Numbered from the stretch's first letter, positions 1 through 37,755 are shown. The stretch is DNA of 64,000 nt from the human T2T-CHM13v2.0 reference genome, Homo sapiens (GCF_009914755.1 NC_060939.1), one strand, 5' to 3'. Notes: generated by a model from the sequence alone, not told the origin. Translations and numbers: made by a program.

Positions 1-122
1 GCTAATTTTGTATTTTTAGTAGAGACAGGGTTCCACCATGTTGGACAGGCTGGTTTTGAACTCCTGGCCTCAAGTGATCCTCCCGCCTCAGCCTCCCAAA
101 GTGCTGGGATTACAGGCGTGAG
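1..122 (-). mobile_element. Alu left arm (truncated by window edge)
   Basis: Reverse complement of the Alu left monomer (cctcccaaagtgctgggattacaggcgtgag). Confidence 0.95.
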
Positions 123-161
123 ATAAATATTTTCTTTATATTCCAGAATATAAAAACTTAC

Positions 162-324
162 TTTCTCTTTGCTTTTCCTAAGCCACTGCTTCCTGCCTCT
201 TCAGGAATCTGATTCTCTTTTTCAGAATCTTTAGGGGACAACCTAAAGAATTCTCCAATTCCTTTTTGCCACTTGGGAGTTGGGCGCACGCAAACGGGGT
301 TCCCTCCTGCATATTTATTTTCAG
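162..324 (-). CDS. PCLAF: PCLAF coding exon 3 with PIP box (QKGIGEFF, 245-268) and KEN box (212-220)
   Basis: Acceptor ttttacag|CT GAA AAT and donor AA|GTAAGT; 163 nt. Translates [55 protein letters not shown]. The final exon is outside the window. Confidence 0.97.
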
Positions 325-604
325 CTGTAAAATATAAACAGATGGAACTAGATAAGTGCTAATAATACAATCTCTATTCCTTAAACAACTTAATTCCTTC
401 TTTAACATCAAATTCTCAAAGGTATTAAATAATCTTTATTTAAGATATACAACTTAAAGAATTAGAAAATGTGACACAATAAAGCTGTATTCCACCAATA
501 AACTCAGTGTGATGGTTATCTTAGCAATAACAGTAGTAACAGAATTTTTACAACTGAAAAATATTTTTATATTTTGTCCACAAGCAGAGCTATTCAAATA
601 CTCT

Positions 605-888
605 TGCCGGGTCCAGTGGCTCACGCCTGTAATCCCAGCACTTTGGGAGGCTGAGGAGGGTGGATCACAAGGTCAGGAGTTCGAGACCAACCTGGACAAC
701 ATGGTGAAACCCCCGTCTCTACTAAAAATACAAAAATTAGCTGGGTGTGGCGGCACGTGCCTGTATTCCCAGCTACTTGGGAGGCTGAGGCAGGAGAATC
801 ACTTGAACCAGCGAGTCGGAGGTTGCAGTGAGCCAAGATTGCGCCGCCACTGCACACTCCAGTCTGGCAACAGAGCGAGACTCTGTCT

Positions 889-920
<32 letters not shown>
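605..920 (+). mobile_element. Full-length AluS-type element with long A tail
   Basis: GCCGGG...TGGCTCACGCCTGTAATCCCAGCA dimer followed by poly(A). Confidence 0.95.

Positions 921-956
<36 letters not shown>
889..956. repeat. Poly(A) plus (AT)n microsatellite in an Alu tail
   Basis: About 30 A followed by about 17 AT units. Confidence 0.95.
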
Positions 957-958
<2 letters not shown>

Positions 959-1104
959 TTGTATGTACTGACATACTGAAGTTTGACACACTTTTTCCTA
1001 ACATAAGATAGGACCATGTAGTATAAAGTGCCAACATTTTACTTACTAAGGTCATTTAGTTAAAGCACATATAAGAGGCAATGTGAAAGTCTCCACAAAA
1101 GTAG

Positions 1105-4145
<3,041 letters not shown>

Positions 4146-4376
4146 AGGCTTGAAGATAAGGTGTGTCGGTCCTTAACTCCAAGGCTTGAAATTCCCTTCC
4201 ATGAGACCTCCCCCCCACCTCTACCCTAGCCGGCCAAAAGGCCCAGCCTCTCTTATTATATCACAGGGCAAGGAAGAAATTCGGGCGTGAGTACCTCAAG
4301 AAAAAGAAATTCATGGCAAGCCAGGGGCTTGCAGGTGCCAGGACTGATCCCCTAACTTTAGGAGGGCTCTTCTTAC

Positions 4377-4457
4377 CTTTCCTCGATGAAACTGATGTCG
4401 AATTAGTGGCAGAGGTGGAAGAACCAAGCACCTTTCTGGGGGCTCGAGCAGCCACCA
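4377..4457 (-). CDS. PCLAF: PCLAF coding exon 2, (V)VAARAPRKVLGSSTSATNSTSVSSRK
   Basis: Acceptor ctcttcacag| and donor AAG|GTAAGA; 81 nt, phase 1-1. The peptide is visible in ORF 4261..4473. Confidence 0.97.
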
Positions 4458-4744
4458 CTGTGAAGAGAGGCAAAAAAGGGTGTTCAGAAGGGGCAGGAGG
4501 GTTCCGACACCGAGTCCTGGACCCCAGCAGCTTGGAGAGGAGAGCCTGGCGATCCAGAACAGCAGGATAACCTTACCCTGCCCCTGCGACTTCCTCTTCT
4601 AGGTAAAGGGGCCAGGCGGCTACTCCCTGGCTAGCTAGATGAGTTTGGCGCACAGGGCCCAGGGGGACCTCTGGCGTCTGTCGCCCGTGGCCAGGCTGCC
4701 GGGAGGACCCCCCCGCCCTCCAGTACCACACTCGATCGCCTCAC

Positions 4745-4790
4745 CTTTTCTGTAAGTGCCTGGAACACTGTCTGCTTTAGTCCGCACCAT
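4745..4790 (-). CDS. PCLAF: PCLAF (PAF15/KIAA0101) coding exon 1, MVRTKADSVPGTYRK+G
   Basis: The reverse complement reads ATG GTG CGG ACT AAA...AGA AAA G|GTGA (46 nt, phase 1). It matches the PAF15 N-terminus as recalled (H3-like VRTK motif, K15). Confidence 0.97.
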
Positions 4791-5100
4791 GTTCAAACAA
4801 GAAGAGAGGAGAGGAGAGAACGAACTGACTTCCCAGCCGAGGGTGTTTCACTGGACAAGGACCCGAAAACTATCCCGCCACAGTTTATATTGGTCTCTTT
4901 CCCGCGCGCTCCAAGGTCTCTCCCGAGCCACCGCTCCCATTGGTTCCGCGCCGTTCCCCCTGAACCAATTGCCAATGCCCAGTGGTGACAGCGGCGAGGC
5001 TTCTTGCAGCGCGAATCCGTCCATCAACACGCAAAGGCCTAGGATTCGTAGGCGCCCCAGGTGGGCGGTACCAGGACTCTCCAGGGGTACCCGACTAGTG
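4791..5100 (-). promoter_or_regulatory. PCLAF: PCLAF CpG-rich cell-cycle promoter and 5' UTR
   Basis: E2F site TTTCCCGC at 4898-4905 and E2F-like TATCCCGCC at 4871-4879. CCAAT boxes at 4889-4893, 4939-4943, 4965-4969 and 4972-4976. TATAAA (minus) at 4884-4889 and CHR-like TTTGAA (minus) at 4792-4797. High CpG density about 4500-5100. Confidence 0.85.
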
Positions 5101-5528
5101 GGTGCTAAGTTTCTGAACTACAGAAATGAGCCTGCTTAGAAAAGAAAACCTAGCAAAGACAGCGAATTACAAACGATCTTCAAAAGTTACTATAGCTTTA
5201 AGTCCATAATGATTGACTCCTGGAGGTGAAACCTGAAATTAAGCGGACTTTTTGATGCAAATCAAAATTAAAAGAACTTGAGAACTTTCCTTTAGTCCCC
5301 CAGGCATGAACTCTTTGTACAGCATCCATACTAAAACAATTCTATGGAATGGGGAAAAGGAAGCTAATACAACTTGTTTACAAGGGTTTTTTTAAATGTC
5401 TTTAGGATGATGTGAGACTAAACAAAAACTAGGGGGATTGTATATACATACACACATAAAAAGAAACTAATAAAACGTCTTCTTGAGAACCGAATGGTGT
5501 CAGAGCTCCTAAATAATCTGCCAAATCT

Positions 5529-8607
<3,079 letters not shown>

Positions 8608-8729
8608 CACCTATGTTATTCTGGAGGACGTATTTATCATAACATGTATGACATACTAAATTATATTATATGAAAAAACTTAAGTCATAGTCTCTGCCTT
8701 CAAGCACTTAATGTTTTAGTTATGGAGAC

Positions 8730-9520
<791 letters not shown>

Positions 9521-9744
9521 GGGACTGAATAAATAAACAGGTAAATGACTTTGATACCTTACAATTATTATTAAATGTAGTGGAGTTTTACAAAGAAACA
9601 AAACTTGTACCCACAATTAATAAACATTCACAGAGTATTTTGACTTTTTCTTAAAAAAAAAAACCCTGGAAAATCATCTGCTTTCCAAATTAATGATATC
9701 TACGACAATCTAAATGGAATGTAAATCAATACACTTATGAGGTT

Positions 9745-10036
9745 TTGTTTTGTTTTTGTAAAAAGGCCTTGCTCTGTCGCCCAGGCTGGAGTGCAGTAGT
9801 GCAATCAGGGCTCACTTCAAGCTTGACCTTCCAGGCCCAAGTGATCCTCCCACCTCAGCCTTTCAAGTAGCTGAGACTACAGGCATGTGCCACCATGCCA
9901 GGCTAATTTTTTTCATTTTTGTAGAGATGAGGATTCTCCTTATGCTGCCCAGACTGGTCCGGAACTCCTGGGCTCAAGTGATCCTCTTGCCTCTGATTCC
10001 CAAAGTGCTGGCATTACAGGCATGAGCCACCACGCC

Positions 10037-10071
<35 letters not shown>

Positions 10072-10160
10072 TGTGTGTGTCTCCGTGTGCGCTCGGGTGA
10101 TCCTCCCGCCTCGGCCTCCCAAAGCGCTGGGATTACAGGCATGAGACACTGCGCCCGGCC
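9745..10160 (-). mobile_element. AluJ-like element, (GT)n tract at about 10039-10080 and a partial Alu left arm
   Basis: Alu consensus blocks; about 20 GT units with one interruption. Confidence 0.88.
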
Positions 10161-10567
10161 AATACACTCATGATTTTAATTATAATATTTATGCCAATGA
10201 AAACACTAGCAAAAAGGTAAAACAGCTGCCAATTTAATGTGACCACTTAGTCTAAACAGGCTAGTAGAAATGAAGAACTTTTAACCTGCAAATGCAACAA
10301 AAAGCCAGAAATGAATGGGAAGACATTATGATCTCCAGAAAAGTTTGGCTAAATTTTCCCCAGCCCATTGTCTTAGCGGGGTAGGGAATTGCAGACAGCC
10401 CTTAAATACTGTCATTTTTGGTTGAGAACTCATGTGGAAAGTCCTCAAAGCCAAATTCCAACTCCTGTTTTACTGTTTTTTACCCTCGAGCTTGCTGAGT
10501 TGTCTTGGCTCTCCTGGAAAATACATGGCTCAAAAAATAAAATAGAAGTTTTAGCGGTGTGAATCTA

Positions 10568-10840
<273 letters not shown>

Positions 10841-10859
10841 AAAACCACCACCAGAGCAA

Positions 10860-11620
10860 AAACTTACAGCGCTTACAATACCTTCCACGTGCTGTTTTAT
10901 TTTACATAAAACCATGACGATTAAAAAGCTGGCCTCTCAGCTTTCCGGGTATTGGTTTGTTTTCCCCCTAAACTGTCGTTTTTATAGGCACTTGCACTGT
11001 CTTCTTAGCAGAATTGCCAATGGCCTTCCTCGAGTCCTACGTTTAGCGATTGGCAAGAATCATGCACTGACAGAGCTCGACTCCGGAGGGCACAAGGAAG
11101 TAGACAACAAAGCAGGAAGAAGCAGGAGGCGCACAGATGGGCGGGATCTGCACTGGAGGCGGTGCGACCTTGCGGGGCGGTGCAAGCTGGCGGAACCCGC
11201 GTGAGAGAGGTTGGTGTTGCGAAGGGAACTAGTCCGGTGCAGGACGTGGGGCTTTTGCAGCTCAGCTGGTTCCGGCTGGGGAAGATGGCGGTGGCTGGGG
11301 CGGTGTCCGGGGAGCCGCTGGTGCACTGGTGCACCCAGCAGTTGCGGAAGACTTTCGGCCTGGATGTCAGCGAGGAGATCATTCAGTGAGAACAGTTCGG
11401 GTCCAAGCGGGGAAGGAGCTCTGGGATGTGCACTGCCTGAGCGAACCGGGAAGCGGGGAGGACTGAAAAGTTAAGAGAGAAATGTGATAAAGGGGCTGCA
11501 GTCTGTAGTCTGTAGGCGTCGAATTTTGGCCTCCACCTTTGTAGTTTAGTTTCTGGAATAGGGTGTCCGGCTCCACAGTCTGCCGGTCGGGCTTTTTTCC
11601 TGGGAAGACGCCCAATCTGT
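10860..11620 (+). promoter_or_regulatory. TRIP4: TRIP4 CpG-rich promoter and first-exon region
   Basis: GC/CpG-rich. ETS-like AGGAAGT near 11095-11101, E-box CACGTG at 10886-10891, and YY1 consensus AAGATGGCGG at 11282-11291 over the ATG. The exact TSS cannot be read from sequence. Confidence 0.8.
11285..11385 (+). CDS. TRIP4: TRIP4 (ASC-1) coding exon 1, MAVAGAVSGEPLVHWCTQQLRKTFGLDVSEEII(Q)
   Basis: ATG in strong Kozak context (AAGATGG), donor CA|GTGAGA; 101 nt. Confidence 0.96.
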
Positions 11621-11719
11621 AATAATTAGAAATGCAAGGCTGTCCCAGGAGCCAGTTTCCTTTCTAGAGAGAAGGGGCAGGTCAAACTGTATTTCCTAAC
11701 TTTGAACCCCTTACTCTTT

Positions 11720-16877
<5,158 letters not shown>

Positions 16878-17366
16878 GCTTATGTGTTAATTTATAAGTA
16901 ATTTTTATCACTTCTTTCTCTTGTAATGATAAGATGTTCACTGTAGAAAACTAAAAAAATCAGAAAAGGATAAAAAAGTAAACTAAAATTACCATAATAC
17001 TACAACCCAGAAATAAGCACTGTTTCTTTCTCTTTTTTCCCATATATATTATAATGTAATACATTTTAAAAACGTATTTATTGTAGGAAAAAAGAAAATA
17101 AAAATAAAACTACCTTTAATTCCATCACTCACTAGTAATCGTTTTGGTGTATAACGTTGTTTTTTTCCTACACATAAGTGTATGTATGTATACATTCATA
17201 CCAGTTAGGATCGTATCGTATTTCTAGCACCTAGCATAGTACTTGGCTCAAAGTAAACACTCTAATAGATTAATGAATGGTTTTTACTACCTAGATCTCT
17301 GTTAAGATTACTGAGAAACAGTGTAAGTTAGTCTTGTTTCAACAACTTATATCTTTGCCTCCTGAG

Positions 17367-17536
17367 GTACGTTTTGTCAATTGAGAGTGCTGAAGAGATA
17401 CGAGAATATGTTACTGATCTCCTCCAGGGAAATGAAGGCAAAAAAGGTCAATTCATAGAAGAACTTATAACCAAATGGCAAAAGAATGATCAGGAGTTGA
17501 TTTCGGATCCTTTGCAGCAGTGCTTCAAAAAAGATG
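17367..17536 (+). CDS. TRIP4: TRIP4 exon 2 (YVLSIESAEEIREYVTDLLQG...CFKKD)
   Basis: Acceptor cctcctgag|G, donor G|GTAAGT; 170 nt; continues the frame from exon 1. Confidence 0.95.
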
Positions 17537-17744
17537 GTAAGTTAATGTAATTATGCAAATGTTGAAATATTGGTAAGTGGGCAGGCTTAAAGAATTATTA
17601 TTATTATTTTTTTTTTTGCCATCTTGTGTTTCTTCACAGCTAACTTAAACAGAATCATATGTATACATATTTTTAGTTCGGTTCTACTCAATCCGTAATG
17701 AATATTGCTCTAGTTCTTTTTCAACTTAGAAAATATCACAAAAA

Positions 17745-18169
<425 letters not shown>

Positions 18170-18269
18170 CTATAGTATGAATAGCATTTAGAGATAACTG
18201 CTTAAATAGTACAAAAGATAAGCACCAAACTAAATAATCTAAGTTATTATGCAATCTACAATATCAGAA

Positions 18270-19990
<1,721 letters not shown>

Positions 19991-19999
19991 AGTGTCTAG

Positions 20000-20600
20000 C
20001 TTCTTTCAATTTATGAGATTCATCTCTACTCTGGGCAGCTATACTTTCTCATTCTCATTGCTACACAGAATTGTATTAAGTGAACACATCACAATTTATC
20101 CATTCTATTATTTGGATAGTTTCCAATTCCAATGCAACAGTGAACATTCTTGTATGTATTTTTGGTGAACATATTTACACATTTCTGTTTAGTATATATC
20201 TAGGAGTTGAATTGCTGTGTCATAGAACATGCATATGTTCAACTTCAGTTGATATGAGTTTGCAGTCCTGCCAGCAGTGTATGAGAGGTCTAATTCTTTT
20301 GTATCTTTGCTAACACTTCATATTTTCTCTTTTTCAGTTTAGCCATTCTGGTTGGTATTTAGTGGTATTGCATTTTGTTTTCGTTTTTGCATTATTTTGA
20401 CGACTAATGAAATTGAGCACTTTTTCATATGCCTGTTAGTCATTAGGATATCTTTTGTTATGAAGTTCTTATTAGGTTTTTTTTGCCCTTTTTTTGTTTG
20501 AGATAGGATCTCGCTCTGTTGCCCAGTGGCGTCAACTCGACTAACTGCAACCTCCACCTTCTGTTTTTCTATTGTATTATCTGTCCTTTTCTTAGTGGTT
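20000..20600 (-). mobile_element. Old L1 (L1M) fragment, antisense, with a short Alu remnant near 20510-20560
   Basis: ttagccattctggttggtatttagtggtatt and gcactttttcatatgcctgttagtcatt are typical of the L1 ORF2 3' region read antisense. Confidence 0.7.
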
Positions 20601-21017
20601 TCTGATTAAGTCAACTTTATATTTATTTTTCCTATTTTATTGATGGCCCATATTTCCAAATCTGTGAATATCATCTGCTTTTAGAGGCATTCTTGTTTCT
20701 TATGATCTCCAATTTAGCTGTGCTTAAAGATGTCATATAAACAGATTTAACTGCTACATTTACCCTCCACTAGCTATAGTAATGGGCTGAAAGCTACTAG
20801 CAGAAAAGACAAGGTAATTATCAGCTAGTTTTTCTAGAGTATAACCTTTCCTCAGAACCTTGATTATAACTAATTTGTATTTCTTCCTTTCACTGCCTTC
20901 TTTCTTGGTTCTTGGATAGTATATAAGTTGTTACTGAACAGAACGGAGCATTTTCTCCCTTGACTTTTTACATTGTCATTAATTATTTGATGTTATTTTG
21001 ATGTCTTTGTACGATAG

Positions 21018-24970
<3,953 letters not shown>

Positions 24971-25009
24971 CTATTCACTCATTCTATAAGCATCTATTTT
25001 TTAGAAAAA

Positions 25010-25565
25010 TTATTAAGACTACATAACATTGAACAGCAAAATAAATAATAGTATTACATTATAATCTAAATAAAATTAATATCCATGTGACCATACTTGT
25101 ATAAATAACTGAATAAGTTAATAAAATGGAGAAAGGACAACTTCTTATAAAAGAATTCCAGTTAATAAAGTACAAGAAATGAAAATACTAGAAAATCACA
25201 ATTAGAACACTACAGTAGTAACTGCCACAAGCACGATCCACCAATGGATACTGAAATTATTGGTTGAAAGTTTAAGAACAAGAGATTTACAATGTCATGA
25301 AAGACAAGAAAAGATTGAAGAAACGTCACAGATCAGAGTAGATTAAGGATATATATGACGACTAATTGCAGTATAGATCCAGTATTAGATCCTAGAATAG
25401 AAAAATGACATTAATGGGAAAAAAATGTTAAAATCCAAATAGTCTGTCTATAGTATTATACCAATATTAATTTCTTAGTTTTGATAATTGTACTATGGTT
25501 TTGTAAGATAAGATGGTAACATTAAAGGAAGCTATGTGAAGGTTATATAGGAACTCTACTTATTT
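25010..25565 (+). mobile_element. L1MC-like 3' end fragment
   Basis: gatcctagaatagaaaaatgacatt...taatttcttagttttgataattgtactatggtt...ggaactct resembles the L1MC 3' UTR as recalled. Confidence 0.65.
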
Positions 25566-25607
25566 TCTAATTATTTTGCATGCCTTTTATGCTTGAAACA
25601 CACCTGA

Positions 25608-26856
<1,249 letters not shown>

Positions 26857-27309
26857 CAGTTAAGGACACTATTAAAAAGAAAAACAATATACTCATTACT
26901 CACTACTTACGCAAATATTTCATTTTGTTCCTACCTTGGTTCATAGTAGTTTTTGTTTTATATCGACAGATTTGTTGGGATTATAATGTAGTCATCTGTG
27001 TAAAAACATTTGTTTTTCCATTTTCCAACTAATTCATAATTAGCTGCCATCTTGCTATATATTCATAATTGTTTTTAGTAGCTAAAAATAGTCTTTTAAC
27101 TTGGTTTATTATAGTATGATTATTTCCTAATTACTGGATATTTGTTTCCAAATTTTAAATAATATTACAAATTGTCACCTTTATTAACATAGCTTTTGAT
27201 TTACTTCCTTGTGATAAATTGCTAAGAATAATGTTACTATGTCAAATAATGTGTCTTTTTTTGACACTTGAGATGTATTTGCCAGATTATTTTGTCAAAA
27301 TATATAAAT

Positions 27310-32600
<5,291 letters not shown>

Positions 32601-33009
32601 AGGTAAATAGTTAAGCTACAGAACTGAGACTTAAGCATAGAACTCCAGTAAGCAAATAAGCCTAGCAAGAATAGGCTGGATCCCAGTTACAGAGGGACTA
32701 GGATATTTAGTAAGCTGTCAAACTTGAACTCAGATGCAGCAAAACCAGGCTGAAGCCCAGCTTTCAGAAGGTAGAGGCTGGACTAATATGAAAGGTAGAA
32801 GGAAAATGTATTATGGTGCTGTGTCTTTTCTTGCCTGAGGTTGAGATAAGTTCTAGGAGCTGAGCCTACACTGGAGATAAAACATATGCAGAGCTTGACC
32901 TGATTTTGGAACATATTTGAGATATTAAGTTACCTTGAAACTGTTTTCCAATAATCGGTCCTTATTTGTCAACAGATGACCTAATTACCATGTGTTCCCT
33001 TTTTCTCAG

Positions 33010-33225
33010 TATTCGAAGGACCCAAGTCATTGATGATGAGTCAGATTACTTTGCCAGTGATTCTAACCAATGGTTGTCCAAACTTGAGCGGGAAACCTTG
33101 CAGAAGCGAGAGGAGGAGCTGAGAGAACTTCGACACGCCTCTCGACTTTCTAAGAAGGTCACCATTGACTTTGCAGGAAGGAAGATCCTGGAAGAAGAAA
33201 ATTCACTAGCAGAGTATCATAGCAG
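33010..33225 (+). CDS. TRIP4: TRIP4 exon 7 (SIRRTQVIDDESDYFASDSNQW...KKVTIDFAGRKILEEENSLAEYHS)
   Basis: Acceptor ttttctcag|, donor CAG|GTAAGT; 216 nt, phase 2-2. The peptide is in ORF 32966..33229. Confidence 0.97.
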
Positions 33226-33407
33226 GTAAGTGAGCAGCACTAGAAAGGGTCTCAAAGAAGGAACAGGTTGACCATAAAGGATTTTCCCTTTCTAGTGGAT
33301 CTTTTATTTTTGTTGATTTAAAAAATGTGTTTATTTGGAACAGAAAACATGTTAAGAATAGCTAAAAAAAAATGTTTAAATGAGCACTCCTACCAGATAA
33401 TTACTGA

Positions 33408-34885
<1,478 letters not shown>

Positions 34886-35069
34886 AGGCTGGGTGCGGTG
34901 GCTCACACCTGTAATTTCAGCACTTTGGGAGGCCAAGGTGGGAGGATCACTTGAGGCCAGGAGTTCAAGACCAGCCTGGGCAACATATTGAGACCCCACC
35001 TTAAAAAAAAGTCTATTAACATAAATACATAAACAAAAAAGTTACAACTTTTTAGAAGAGAATATTTAA

Positions 35070-35315
<246 letters not shown>

Positions 35316-37487
35316 TGATCCACCCGCCTCGGCCTCCCAAAGTGCTGGGATTACAGGCGTGAACCACTGCGCCCGGCACTAAATTGTGCATACTTTTGAC
35401 TTATCAGCTACACACCACATATCAAGATAACAATTTCCTTTTCCCTTGTCAAAGATTTTTTTAAAAATTTGCCATTTTCAGACATGAAAAATAGTATTTC
35501 ATTCTAATTTTTATTCACATTCCTTTGCTTTAGTTGTATGTTAGTAAGTTTGAGTGTTCTGAAAATGTATTCATTTGCTTTTTTACTATTTCTTTTATAG
35601 AGATTCTAGAGTTCTGGATATACTTATCATTTTACTGTGTCAAATTTATTCCTCTCTTTCAGACCTCACTCTCCCCACGCTATTTTAGACTTACCTCATC
35701 ATACAAATTCTTATACTTTTTAAAAGCTTCAGGCCTTTGTTTCTGATTTTTCCTTGGTTTGGAAATTCCTCCTCCATTCTTTGCATTTCACATACCTACC
35801 TCTCCCTTGAACCTACATGATACAACATGTTGGATGATGGAATAATAACCACTAAATGGATTGTGCCTGTTTCATAGTAATTATTACATCCCCTCATGTA
35901 TGATTCATCATCTATACGGCTTTCTTAAATCTGCCACTTGGATTGAAAGCCTCTTTAAAAAAAAAAAAAAGCCTCTTGAAGGCAGGAACAATGTCTTCCC
36001 CACCTTTTAAGCTGCCTTATATATGAGGTATTCCTAACAAACATATATTATATTGAATTGAATTGAAGGTCAAGTTTAGCCTTTCCTGTTAGTTGAAGCT
36101 TTTCATTATGTTGTGCCTCACAATTATTATTGTTATCCACAAACGTTTTGTCAAGCATCCAACAGGAGTATTGAATAGAGTAGCAAGTACTGTAGAGCTA
36201 TAGAATGAATTAAGATAGGGTTCCTTCAGGGCTTATGATCTCTTACTAACTAACCAGTAGGTTTCCACAATCTTTAAATGAAAATCATCACATTCTTTTA
36301 TAGGTTTAGAGCCAGATATCCAATGCCAACATCATAGGCATGGGATAACAGGGGATGTATCCAATGATTGTTTAGATAGTGGGTACTATAGGACCTTAGA
36401 GAAAGGATTAAGCATTTTTGTTCTGGGCCAGTAGGGTACCTCTTTATAACTTCTGAGCCTTCAAGCAAAGATAGAATGCAGACTAGCAAGAAGGAGTGGA
36501 GAAAGGACTGCTGAGCAGACAGAGGAATAACTGTATAGGTTGTATTGCGAAGATGAGCTGCCATAGAATACTCTTCTGTGGGTCAGGGTATTCCTAGGCA
36601 ACTTTTTTTTTTCTTTTTGTGACAGGGCCTTATTGACTATTGCCCAAGCTGGAGGGCAGTGGCGCCTTGAACTCCTGGGCTCAAGTGATCCTCCCATCTC
36701 ATCCTCCCAAGTAGCTAGAACTACAGGTGTGAGCCACCATGCCCAGCTAATTTATTTTTTGTAGAACCAGGGTCTCTCTATGTTGCCCAAGCTGGTCTCA
36801 AACTCCTGGCCTCAAGTGATCCGCCCTCTTTGGCCTATGATAGTGTTGGAATTACAGGCACGAGCCACCACTCCTGGCCTCTAGGCAGCTTTTCTGGTCT
36901 TGGCATGTTTAATGATCTTGTTGAGCAGGTGAATGACTGTAGCGTGCCCTATGTATTTTCTTGGTATTCTGGAACTTTTATTTTATTTATTTTTATTTTT
37001 TTTTAATTTTTTGAGACAGTCTCACTCTATTGCCCAGGCTGGAGTGCAGTGGCACGATCTCGGCTCATTGCAACCTCCTCCGCAGTTTCAAGTGATTCTC
37101 CTGCCTCAGCCTCCCGAGTAGCTGGGACTACAGGCGTGTGCTACCATGCTCAGCTAATTTTTGTATTTTTAGTAGAGATGGGGTTTCACCATGTTGGCCA
37201 GGATGGTCTCGATCCCTTGACCTTGTGATCCGCCCTCCTTGGCCTCCCAAAGTCCTGGAATTACAGGAGTGAGCCACTGTGCCTGGCCATTCTGCAATAT
37301 TCATTAACTCATATTCCTTAGGGTTTTTGGTGTGAGAAGGAAGTTGGAGTGGGGAGTAGGGAAGGTCATCCATAGACTCCTCTTTATATTCCAAATTTTA
37401 TTACTATTAAAGCATTTTATGTTGGTGGTAAGCATTCTGAGCATAGAACATTACCAATTGTTACATCCTTTTGGTTTATTATCACAG

Positions 37488-37614
37488 ACTAGATGAGACA
37501 ATACAGGCCATTGCCAATGGAACCTTGAACCAGCCACTGACCAAATTGGATAGATCTTCTGAAGAGCCTTTGGGAGTTCTGGTAAATCCCAACATGTACC
37601 AGTCCCCTCCCCAG
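37488..37614 (+). CDS. TRIP4: TRIP4 exon 8 (RLDETIQAIANGTLNQPLTK...QSPPQ)
   Basis: Acceptor atcacag|, donor CAG|GTTAGT; 127 nt. Confidence 0.95.
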
Positions 37615-37701
37615 GTTAGTGGACCTTTGCTCTAACTGTTAATAAGAAGTTTGGCCCCAATTTTGCCTTCTTTTAAGTATGTCTATTTCATAGACTTCAG
37701 A

Positions 37702-37755
37702 TACCAATCAGCTCTCTCAATACACCTGTACCAATCAGCTCTCTCAACACACCTG
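37702..37755. repeat. 27-bp tandem duplication (1 mismatch)
   Basis: taccaatcagctctctcaatacacctg followed by taccaatcagctctctcaacacacctg. Confidence 0.95.

Noticed and set aside
178-411. 77-aa minus-strand ORF over PCLAF exon 3
   Set aside because: It is an alternative frame of the real exon; the spliced frame gives the PIP and KEN motifs.
4313-5139. Plus-strand ORFs 4313..4570 and 4756..5139
   Set aside because: They are antisense to PCLAF exons and promoter in GC-rich, stop-poor DNA, with no recognisable protein.
11005-11382. 125-aa antisense ORF across TRIP4 exon 1
   Set aside because: CpG-island artefact; it starts inside TRIP4 exon 1, outside any likely divergent transcript.
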